Made by a program: the position numbers and the translations under genes. 64,000 bases of DNA from contig NW_003314290.1 in NCBI RefSeq assembly GCF_000143415.4, forward strand, positions 620,001 through 684,000, in the 5' to 3' direction. Shown piece after piece: positions 1 through 11,487 of the stretch (position 1 is its first letter; the number at the start of each line of letters is the position of its first letter). The notes below the pieces were generated by a model. The model had not been told where the DNA came from and did not search any database. It saw only the letters and a program-made list of their open reading frames with translations. The DNA is from Selaginella moellendorffii. Lineage: Eukaryota; Plantae; Lycopodiophyta.

Positions 1-271
1 CAAAGAGCAGCGGAGGAAGGTCATACAAGACAAACCATCAGGTAAATAATAGTACATCCATTCCTAACCTTTTACCATTTCTAATATTGTCCATGTAGGT
101 CGCAGAAGAAATGGTAAGTAGAGATTATTCAGTTGAATTAAGATACAAACTCTAGCCTTTAGTGTCGAGGAAGGATAGTGCCAAGCAAGGGTCGAAACGT
201 ATGTCCAATCCTTCAAAATCAGCAGTGCGCCCAATAGCAGTTGATGGTAAATACAGTATAGTCGATTCAAT

Positions 272-1791
272 GTGCTAATGAGTTTGTTTTTAGTAGCCAG
301 TAGGGAGGATACCATCTCAATCGAAGGGAGATATTTGGACATGCATATGGATCCGCCAGTGGACTCTACTTGCCTGCAAGAGTTATCAGAGCTGGTGGAG
401 GCTACTATCCATATCAACGCCAAGCAAGCTGACCACGCTCCACTTGATGCTGCCCATACCACTGAGTCAATCTTGTCCACGTATCCAACTGACGGTGACC
501 AGGCGCCATTGGACCCGCATGAGGCCGCCCCAGCCGCCGAGCCGGTCGTATCCTCATTTCCAACGGACTCAACGTGTGCCCAATCGTCTGACTACGCGCC
601 ATTGGAACCTCCCTACACCACCCCTGCTGCCTGTTCGGTCATGTCCACTTTGCCAACGGAGCCACCAGCTGAAATGGCGTGTGATCACACGCCATCGGAA
701 CCACCCCATGCCACTGTTGAGCCAATTGTACCAGAGTCTACAGCTGAAATGGCATGTGCCCACACGCCATCGGATGCGATTGACCCCACATTGCAAAGGA
801 GAGTATTTCCGCCCTTCACGTTTCCTCGACCAAAACCCTCTGAACGACCATCGGGAGCACCATTCGCTAATATTGTAGATGGTAAAATTGACTTGTACCA
901 TTTTTTATGCTGACGCATTTCATTTCAGAGTCACGGCGAAAGTACTGTATCTTTTTTGATCTGAACGGTGTCCTTTTCTCCCATGAGCGTGGCTCGTCCT
1001 CGAATGTCACTGCACCCTCCAAAACCTGCGGTCGCAAGTTGGTCAAAAGAGACAGATTCACATTAATCACACGGAAGAAACTGCGGGATCTAATAATGAC
1101 CATGCGACACTTAAAACAGAGGGCCGGGTTCAATTTGCAATTAGGAGTTTGGACATCCATGATGCGCCACAATGCATTAACGTTGCTATAGATGATGCAC
1201 GATCAGACACGAGTAATATTACCATTTGACTTTCTCCTAATGCAGGAGGGTTGCTTGACTATGGTCCATGTGAGGGGTAGCAAGCCCATCTTCGTCAAGC
1301 CAGAGGCTGTAGTGATGAACCGGACTGCTAGGTCAAGTGAAATCCTCATCATCGATGACTCGCCGATTAAAACTGCAATGAACACGCACACATATGCAGT
1401 GCACCCCATCTCTTGCAGTATGGAAACTAGGGAGAAGAAACCGTATGTTCTGGGGGACCTTGCAAAACGGCTTGAAGCGATGGTGATAGAGAACCGGCCA
1501 GTCCAGGAGGTGGCTGCAAAAATCAACCAAATGGCAGATGGAACGGTATATCAGAAGCCATTTGATCGGACAAACACCAGTCATCATTTATGGCATGTAT
1601 ATTGTCTAGCCAAGCACTATCCGCATCTCTATAATCTGCTCAACCGGATGGGTTCTTCGACCACTGAACATGAGCGTGGACGTATTAGAGAAGAGATGGC
1701 ATTACTATTGGGTTTAAATCCTAATAGTGTGGAGAGTGATGAAATTCCAAGATTATTGTATAGGCGTTGGAGGCAAAAAATAACAGTCTGA
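272..1791 (+). pseudogene. FCP1/NIF-like HAD phosphatase-domain gene with Pro-rich repeated N-terminus, disrupted (5' exons probably upstream)
   Basis: Motifs IFFDLNGVL, GVWTS and ILIIDDSPIK match the FCP1-homology HAD domain. ORFs 907-1191 and 1192-1791 share a frame and are split by one TAG. ORF 272-913 joins them only through a frameshift near the T-run at ~901. Confidence 0.6.
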
Positions 1792-1899
1792 GATGGCATG
1801 TATTTATTTAAAAATGTAACTTATTATGGCATGGGGTTCCATGCCATTGTATTAATATTAAAAGACAATTCTTTGAGAGGATTTGCATTATACTAGAAG

Positions 1900-4800
1900 T
1901 GTTACAACATGTTATTGGAAGTCTACGAAGTTGTTTTATTAATAAGGGGAAAGTAAAGATTGAATGGGGACTTGGGCTCCACCTAGACTCAGAGCAACTA
2001 AGCCAATATTAAAAGGATGGAAAGAAATTGGACGACGATGACAAGGAGAAGAGAGAGGTGAAGCAGTGGCAGGGGGAGGAGAAGTGATTGAGTAGACATT
2101 TCCTTGTTTAAAATAAAATGGCATGTGCCTCAATGCAGTTGAATTTTGTTATATTTATATACTATATAAAGGTTTGGAAACCTTATTTTACAAGTGGGAT
2201 AATGACAATTCCCACTTTAACGAAATAGAGCTTATCCCCAAAAGTCAATATCTCTTTCAAACCACAGCATACAAATTAACTACTAAGGATTAAGTCAATA
2301 GAAGTCAACTCTAACCCATTTCAACTAGCTTGCAATGACTCATAAAAATGAAATGGTTTTCAAACAAAATAATTAATAGATCAGCCTTTGGAAAAGTCTA
2401 AGAAAATTTGTAGAAAAATTTTCCATCTTAGAAAAAAAATAACTCTCATTCTAGAAATACAAACTTTCAAGACTTAATCAACTTCTTACCTACAACTTCA
2501 AAAAGATTCACCTCAACACAAATTCTCATAATCTAATAGTATGCTTAAACATTGAACATCATGCCCATAGTTTCGACTGACATTTGCAAAATGCAAATAA
2601 ATATTTAAGACTCAATTATAAAGATTATATCTTTGGATATCCATATTGCACTAACACTCTTTTTCATTCATCTTCAAGATGTAATATGAAGCTAAAACAC
2701 CAACAAGAAAAAAACTAACATGAAAAATCAACTTCTAAAGACAACTCATCATTTGATATAACAATGTCACTTCCACTAACACAAGTGTTAACAATACTAA
2801 TGTCTTAATTACACACTTTTCCTATGCAATAATCTACTCTAAGTGCTAATTAATCCACCGACAAACTACAACAAATAAATGCTATAACCTTCTCAAAACT
2901 CAATGGGCAATTCTTAAGGAATTAAAGTACTAACTTAAACTTAGCATAATAGATCACCATCGAGAACTTAATCAAAGTTATTTCAATGCTACTTGTTGCA
3001 AATAGACTAGCATCACTATCAACCACTTTGGGGTTGATTATTATTTGACTAAATAATGTTGTAAACACATTGCTCACAACTACGTAAATATAATATAAAT
3101 ATCATAATGATTTGATCATCAATCGAGCAACACTACGAACAATGCCTATATCACTACTATAAAGGTTTACATGAGGCCAATTAACTATGACTTGGATCTT
3201 TTGTGGGATCAACTCTCATTCCATGCATTGAAATTAAATGCCCAAGATATCCAATCTCCTCTAAAAAAAGGTCACCCTTAGATAACTTTGAGTAAAGCTT
3301 ATTGTCCCTCAAAAGTTGCAAAACACTTCATATATGCATCTCATGTTCCTCCATAAAGAGTTGAACACAAGATATCATCAAAATAATCAATTGTAAACTT
3401 TCCTTGTAAGACTGTAAAATTTGATTCATCAACCTTTAAAACATTACAGGAGCATTTGTCAAACCAAATGGCATCACCAAAAACTTGTAATGACCCATCT
3501 TCATATGGAATGCAATCTTTAGAACATCTTCTAGCTTGATATAAATTTGATGATACATTTTCCTTAAATCAATCTTTAAAAAATATCAAACACCATGAAG
3601 ATGATCAAGGAAATCATCAATACGAGGAATTGGGAATATATTCAACCCCTATAATTCACACAAAGATGCCATATACCATCTTTCTTCTTGATCATCATTA
3701 TTGGAGCAGCCCAAAGAGACTTACTTATCTATAACCACCCTTTCTAAAGGTACTTAATAAATTGCCTATTAATCTCCTCATCTTTAGTGGGATTAGTATG
3801 AATTTGTTGGCACTGATAAGGAATAGTTCCAAGAACCAATTCCATGTTCGAAAGGCAAACCATTAGGCAATTCATTTTGAAAAATGTTATGGAACTCCTT
3901 TTGAATGCAATTTATATAAGCCTTATGCCCATGAATATACTCCAAATCAGACATGATTATATTAGAAAGAAACGGGTACAATACAAAAGAGTTAGTTATT
4001 TTATGTGTGCATGTCACCAATTTTAAAGCATTAATCAATGGAGTATCACTATTGTCTGTCTCGAAAATCTCTTTCACAATGCCACCAACTTCAATATATA
4101 GAACATTATGCTCCTAATTGATCCCTAACTTCATGTCATAAAACTATTCCTTCCTAAGAATAACATCTGTGTGACCAAAATACATAAACTGGAATAAAGG
4201 ATAGTCAAAAATCCCTTGAATAGTCAAAAGAACATTTGGAGCTCATTCATTGTAAATATGAATGTTACATCCATATGCTATAACCACCTCATAGATTATT
4301 GAGCTCTTTTCCATAGGCAAACCAAGTTTTTTTCACCACCTTAGAGCTCAAAAAGTTATGTATAACACTTAGATTGAAAAGAATACTAATTGCACTACTT
4401 TGAATGTCCCCTTTGAAAGAATACTAATTGCACTACCTTGAATGTCCCCTTTAGTTTTCACAAGTTGATTACACATAGAACCATTAAACTTTATAAAGTT
4501 AATATGAACTCAAGATTTAAGTTCTTGAACTTTCACCACAAGGTATGGAAGAGCCATTTCAACAGATGCTTAAGTTGTATCCATGATGGATTTCACCACA
4601 TTCACCTTAGCATTCTTGGATTCCTTCATAAGAGGACAATCCTTGCCTTGATGTCCAACCTTTTGACAACAAAAACAATTGCCTTCCATTTTATCCTTTC
4701 GTCGTTGATCCAAATGAAGTTTTTTAGCCTCATTGCCATTTCCATTCTTCGAGCTATGATATAGCAATAGTTGTTTCTTCCCCGAATATGATGAATTGGC

Positions 4801-5613
4801 TAGCTAGTCATCATGTTGACTACCCTATAAACCATCCTGTTGATTAGAGTTGACCAAGTTGATTGATGGTTTTAGCAATAAGATTTGAGCCTTAATAATA
4901 ATATCAATTAACATTGCTAGAAAATCCCTCTTAACCTTCTATTGCACATCCATTGAGCTCAAACTTTTGATGAAATATTGCACCTTTAACAGCTCATTAT
5001 AGATGCTTGTGAGACTAAAGCAAATATCACAAATATCACAAAACTTGCAAGTAATATGCATTTAAAAACAAAATCCCTTATATAATCTATAGTAATTGGT
5101 TTTAACCTTTTCAAACTTTTTGACAAACAAAGTGTGAAAAACCTTTATCAACTCACTCTAAGGAGTCAGCTTCAAATTAGCTTTGATGTAGTTCTTCCAC
5201 TACAAAGAAGCATGGCCCATAAACTTTATCACAAAAAAATCAATTTTTACTTTATCCTTATAGCAACAACTTTCTTACAATTTTAACCAAGAATCAACTT
5301 CCTTGCTATCACAAACATCCAATGATGACTTTCATTCCACAATACCATAATCCCTTGACATGCTTAATGTACAAATACTAATTATGAATACAAAATTGAT
5401 TCAACTCTTAAAAGTTTATGTGAAGTAGGAAATCCTTAATGAGATTGATAGAATCCTTAACTTCCTTAATGTTGCTTTAAACCTCAAAAATCTAATAACC
5501 TTGCCACGCAATAATATCATTAAGAGATTCTTCCTCACTAACAGTATATTCCTCATTAGGATTTATATTCTGCTCTTCTGCCATCCTTAAAAAAACATGC
5601 TACTTCAATACCA
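1900..5613 (-). mobile_element. Highly degenerate Ty3/Gypsy LTR retrotransposon internal region
   Basis: Minus strand gives [11 protein letters not shown] (~3450-3480), YFDDIL (~3370-3390) and gag zinc knuckle CFCCQKVGHQGKDC (4570-4767). Decayed PBS at ~5602-5613. 2230-2560 is the reverse complement of 24365-24680. Many stops; no LTR pair found. Confidence 0.8.
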
Positions 5614-6075
5614 ATGAAACAAACAAAGAATGAACTTTACGCCAACCTCCCAACCCTTCAAGATGTTGCATCTATAAATCCCACCAATCATGGAATATTC
5701 TTGGAATATTCCTGTGGTTAGTGTCAAATTGAGATCAATGGTTAAGTGTTCTATTGAGTTTGATTGACAAGAGATGCTCAATCTGGGACCACTCTTTCGT
5801 ATAAATTTTTACATGATGGCAGGGAGGGCATGCGTGGCACCCAACATACAAAATGTTAAAAAATCATTTACTGGTTGATAAAGATGGAGGTTCGCCAGTC
5901 TGATTCAAAACTATTTTATACAGAATATCTATCTTTTTCTTTGACAATGGTCCAGGATCTGACGGCTGCTGCACCAGATATCCAACGGCTGCAGAGGCTC
6001 CCGAGTGAGAATTTAAATGGGAGCAAGAACCTTTGCACTTCGTTCTTTGTTCTTCATTCTCTTTGTTATCAACTC

Positions 6076-6499
6076 ATGGCTGCCTCATTCCGCCTTCTCT
6101 TGCTGCTTGCAATGGCACTTGTAATTGTGGGGCTCTCTAACGCAGCAAAAGTATGCACGCCTTTCAAACGTAAGTATAATTTCATGTTGGCCATTGTTCT
6201 GAATGAAATCTTTATGCGCAGTTGGTAAGAAGGATTGCTGCCTCAGTATACCTACCCCACTTGGCGGTGCAACCTGTGTGGAGGAGTGCAATCCCAACAA
6301 GAAGTACTACTGTTGCCTCCGTAATCAATTGGGTGGTTGTAACTATTGTTGCGAGCAAGGGACTTACTGTTGCAAAGTCGGCTTCATCAGGTGTAATAAG
6401 ACTTGCCGATACAACGCCAACATTGCTCTCCCAACAGACGACGAAATTGGTTTTCCAATCACCATAGATGACAACATGGAATCGGAAAATGGCGTGTGA
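6076..6499 (+). CDS. Secreted cysteine-rich peptide (123 aa, 14 Cys, acidic C-terminal tail)
   Basis: Exon 1 6076-6169 encodes signal peptide MAASFRLLLLLAMALVIVGLSNA. Phase-1 GTAAGT...CAG intron 6170-6221 (52 nt). Exon 2 6222-6499 is in frame. Confidence 0.85.
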
Positions 6500-7504
6500 T
6501 CACAAGGTCATGGTGGTGTTCCTCGAATAAGATCTGACGGCATGGATCCCAGACAAGTGGTGTGTAGTGACATAAATCCAGATTCGTATAGTGGAATCTG
6601 TAAATGCAGTATCTATGTTTTCATCGTGGATGCGCTCCATATACACTCTTACAATACATGGCATACAGCCATCATACCAAGCAATAGAAATCTCCCAAGA
6701 ATGTGCTCACATTAATTTTTTGACATTGGCTCCATGCACAGCTCCCAGCAAAGCCTGGGACTTCATAAAAAGCTGATTGAGGCCTATGCATCCGTGCAAT
6801 GAGGTGGAAAGGGAGCTGGTCCCTCAATATTCCCAAATCCTAAATACTGACAAATTCAACTAGGAGTGAGTAAATTTGTCAAGGATACAATTGGCATTGA
6901 AAAATCTGCAATATTTTAAACAGATATTTCTATGCTTGTATATTTATCAGCAGTATATTTTTCTATCTGACGGTCCAGATTAATTTTGTTTAGAATGTTT
7001 AGTGTCTTTAAATAACTTCAAGAGTTTGTTTCAATATTTAGGAGCAAATGTTCAATGGATTGGTGTTTGCTGACAGAAATTTTTCTTTTCTTTTCTTCTA
7101 ATTCTGATCATTAATGAGAAATAGTTTTGGCACAGTAATATTAGCTCTAGTGATTAGAAAAAGTTGCCAAGACAAAAATGAAAAACCATGCTATCACAGA
7201 TTTGGATGGCACATTGCTTTGAGTTGTGTTCAAGGAAATATCTAGAGCAAAGAGAAACCAATTAGTTCTTATGTGAAGGAAAATGGGAGTAGTACCTCCA
7301 AAAGATCAAATTTATAATTCTGTACACTATATATTTCTTCTAAGATGTTACTGTCATGATGAAATCATATAATTTCAACACTAACGAATATCTCAAATAT
7401 TTTCTCTCTACTTTGTCCCTCCTAGTGAACTAGTTTTTTATTTGCTATACAAAACTAGAGCATCTAAGCATATTTTGGATATATATTCCTCAATGGTTTA
7501 TATC

Positions 7505-8800
7505 AAACCTCACGAGCTTTCTAAAGAAGCTCTATAGCCAGCGCTATCCTGGAACTATGTCTTGATGCAGTAGAGATCAAGTACAACATGGTTGCCACAC
7601 TCCTGAACGCCGTCCCCAAACGAGATGGCTCTCGCAGCGATACCATCACCTTTGTCTTGCTCGAACAACACCGCCACCATCTGCCTCATCCACGTCTTCA
7701 AGTAGCACTTGAGAGCCAGCAAGATCTGGACCTTGGAGTCGGGGCTATGGAAGTAGGCGTCCTTGTAGGAGAGGAGCTCGGGCAGCGTCTGGCACTGTGG
7801 ACAATACCTTTCAGGAACAACAAGTGAGTGCTCAACCTTTGCACGATCCCAAGAAGCACAGCAACATGGTACTGGAGGTTTGACGATTGTGTTGTTCTGC
7901 CTGACCTCTAGTTCTTTTTAGTTTCCAAACTAAATTGTCAAACCAAACTAAGCAGCGATACTGGGACTGGACGAGCCAAAGGTTTGGCAGCTTGATCGAT
8001 CATGCTCAGAACAACTGCACAGGAGAACATTCTGGAAATGACAGAATGTGGAGCTCAATTTTGGACCATCCCTGTTGCTATTGTCTCAAGATTTTTCTTT
8101 TTCCAGGCATGGATACAAGGCGGAGATGGTGAAGATCATCCAGCGGAACTCATCAAGGCCCTTGCAAAGATTGCTTGCTCAGATACGAGGATTAGGTTCT
8201 CAGGTACCGTCGCAACAAGTTGTTTTGAACTCGACAGGGTCAGAAGTGAGTTTTTTTTGTATTTTTCTAATAAGCTTTGAGGACATTATCGACTTTTATT
8301 GACTTTACATTGACTGTTTTGACCTTGCATCTCCTGGTATGCATTGAGCTCGTGAGCTCAAAAGTGGTTTGGCCTGTCGACCATTTGGCATAATCTTTGG
8401 CAATACCTTTTCTCACGAAGCTTGGGTTCATGTTCTTTCTGGAGTCTCACAATCAAAGTTATGAATTCGAGCTTTGAAGATCATGGCTGGTAGCGGATGA
8501 GCCTTGAGTTAAGGAGGATGCTGTAATCTTTTGAAGCGGTGTTTGCACGTGTGGAGCACGACAACGATCTCGACTGGCAGGCATGGAACAACTGCGAGAT
8601 GTGCACTGTGGTAAGCGCTGGACCGTTGGCAAGCTCAACCCCTACCTTGAGATATGGAAGCTAGGGGTGTTGTGTGCCATGTGTCCTGGCAGCAAGGTCA
8701 TCTCTGTGGAGCAGCAACATGAATTATTCAGTGCCGGCTATAGATTTATGTCTAGGAGGGATGGGATGGAGCCTTTGGGGTGCAGGACGTGAGGACTAAT
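7505..8800. pseudogene. Mosaic of gene fragments copied from the 35-43 kb locus
   Basis: 7505-7797 matches 42431-42873 with internal deletions. 7828-7910 matches the aprataxin HIT-region exon (37037-37135, reverse complement). 8320-8430 is the reverse complement of 42160-42280. 8520-8790 is the 5' part of the REase-fold family on the + strand. Confidence 0.75.
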
Positions 8801-9910
8801 CTATGTTCCATTGTCCATCTCCCCAGGGGGATCTGCCAATGCCAAGGGAGCCATTGCCATTGACAAAAATATTTTGTGAATATTCTGGCACACTAAAGAA
8901 TATTCTATTAAGGTTTTAGTAGTAATATTTTTATTAAATAGGTATTTTAAATCAAATTAATAATTTTATTAATATTTAGATTTGTCTAAACTACCAGTAT
9001 CTAATCTTAGTAGCAATAGTTGATATTTAATAGACGTTTTGCCTTATCAACTTGTTTACAGAAGAAATTATTATTTTAATATTTAATATTTAGTATTTAT
9101 ACTAATTATTTATGTAAGCATCCTCTAATTTATAATGTATATTTATATTAAATCTATTATTATTACATAAAATCCCTATTATAAAAATGCTATATGTTAT
9201 TTTAGATGTAATTTATAAATAAAAAATTATTTATTTTATATTAAATTCGAATATAATACCAATATCTAATTCTCTTTCAATATCATGAATATTTCATATT
9301 TAGACAAATCCAAAGTTAAACATTTGGATCTATCCTAAGAAGTATACAATATACAAAATATAATGCTTGCAAGGGATGAAAGACTTGATAAAAGTCTAAC
9401 ATTGAAAGAAGTATATGCAAGTGCAACTTGGGAATTGGTTGATTTTGATGTTGTAAACCTTCCTATTTACAATATCAGTTCCATAACTGAGAATTTTATA
9501 TTCATGATGACGATACTGCTACTTGATATTGATACTTTTAACTTCTACCTTCAACTATAATGTTTTTGAGTATATTGCATTTGCTTCCTTTGACCAAATA
9601 TTTGTAATCTTCACACATTTATTATTTCTTGTTTTCATAACTTCTTAAGAATAGGTGGCTATAAAGTGTTCTCTTCAAATTTAAAGCATGCTTCAACCAA
9701 ATTCTGAAGCTCCAAATTCATCAAGTTCACCCCTTTTTCAATTGGCCAAGTACATGGTATATATTCTGGTTTTTGGATAATTTGTGTTACAACAAACCAT
9801 GTTGTAGAATTTCTGTTGGATAAAACCATATAAACTGATCATAGTGTTGTGAAGGATTACTATATTATTGTCATCCCCAATAACAAGGTGCTAGAGTGTA
9901 TAGAGTTCTT

Positions 9911-11082
9911 TGTAAACCATAAATTTTTCCTTTCCAATTTGTTAGCTTACCTCGTCTATCCGTCCGACACTGCCTTGGCTTTTGCTAAGTTCCCTCGCCA
10001 AGGTTCTCGCCTATGGTACCAACTCCTACTTGGTCCTACTTGGTTTCAACTACTCATTGCACGAGCAACGGAGCATTAGCCATCCATCCACGGATTCCCA
10101 ATCTCTCCCAATCCCCCTCCCCGGGTTAGACTGGACTTAAGGTTCGGCTACACTCCCCGCAAGCACAAGCAGCCAAGCACACCAAGCTTCTAGGTTCCTA
10201 ACATCCCTTGGTACCACAAGACTTGATCATGGGACCCTCTAAATCCCAAGTCTTGAGTGCAACACTTGCTTCGGGACGCCGGGGCGAAACACCGTGGCCT
10301 AGCGGCCCGGTATGGGTACCTCTACCCCCCCACTTCCATCTCGAAGGAAGGCCCAAGCCCCTAGGAAGGGCGAGGACCAATGAGCCGCATGGTACTCAAG
10401 TGGGGCACCACTCCACATGAGCCGGGAGCACCGCAATCGGTTTCCCTTTCGGGAGTGGGAGCTGCTCTTGAGCACTTCCTTGGATGGCCCCTTTGGCACC
10501 AACCAAGTCCATACTCACTCCCGCCCAAGGCCCCTCGGTCCCAGTCCCAACCTCAAGTCGGTTTGGGAGCCCCACTNNNNNNNNNNNNNNNNNNNNNNNN
10601 NNNNNNNNNNNNNNNNNNNNNNNNNNNNNNNNNNNNNNNNNNNNNNNNNNNNNNNNNNNNNNNNNNNNNNNNNNNNCCCCTGGGAAACGCACGCTTTGGG
10701 GCTTTCACCCCTTGACCCGTATTAGTATTTGGACTTAGTCTCTGGCTCGATCTCGGACTCGATTTCGGATCCGACTTCGGATTCGGTCTCGGACTTTATC
10801 TCGGAGTCGATCTCGGACCCGATCTCGGACCCGACCTCGGACTCGACCTTGGACTCGGTCTCGAACCTGATTTCGGATCTCGGACTCCGTCTCGAACTCG
10901 GTCTCGAACTCGGTCCCCGAGTCGGTCTCGGACTCGATTCCAGACTTTATCTCGAACTCGGTCTCCGAGTTGGTCTTGGACTTGATCTTCGACTTAGTCC
11001 CATCTGATGAACTCTTTGTCATTTTGGTCATGCTTTCGGGGTTCCTTTAGCCTACGACACCTCGGCGAGTTGGTTCCTTACA
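9911..11082 (-). repeat. 3' LTR of the chromovirus (contains 100-N gap 10577-10676 and a 12-bp periodic array ~10745-11000)
   Basis: Direct repeat of 16320-17625; flanked by TSD and PPT. Confidence 0.93.
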
Positions 11083-11487
11083 ACTCCACCACCCATAGAA
11101 GAAGTTCGATGCCCACATCGAACGTCTCTCTTTTAATCCTACGACTTGTTGACCATGTCTCCGAGGGCATCCCCCCACTTAGCGGTGTGCCTAAGTTGGC
11201 CTCCCTGGCCAAGAGCCCATGACAACGGAATATAGGTGTCCCTATACTCCTCACCTCACCACGCCCTAGTATGGGGTCGGGACTTGAACCCAGCCTTGTT
11301 TTACTAGGGGGTTGGGACTCGAACCCAACCTCCGTAGAATACGTCTATGGATTCGACATCCCCGCAGGGAGTCGGGCGTAACTCCCTACGCCTGGTCGAC
11401 CTAGCTAACCCATGCTAATTAGCTTACCTTCAGCGTGCCTTTGGGTCCCAACATATGCCACTTGCTCAACTTTGCAAATTGATATTT

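Noticed and set aside
1189-1191. Stop-codon readthrough in the FCP1-like gene
   Set aside because: No readthrough context, and a second lesion (frameshift) indicates pseudogenisation.
1826-1896. Helitron 3' end (hairpin ATGGCATGG-GGTT-CCATGCCAT followed by CTAG)
   Set aside because: The CTAG is ~45 bp from the hairpin, much farther than typical, and no other Helitron evidence is visible.
5955-5992. MSA-like AACGG elements upstream of the peptide gene
   Set aside because: Short motifs with only one exact match; insufficient support.
10577-10676. 100-N run
   Set aside because: Assembly gap at a poly-C tract, not biology.
10729-11031. SDSISD and RVRDRVR repeat ORFs (also 17265-17574); possible CRISPR-like array
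   Set aside because: LTR minisatellite with no unique spacers, in eukaryotic context.
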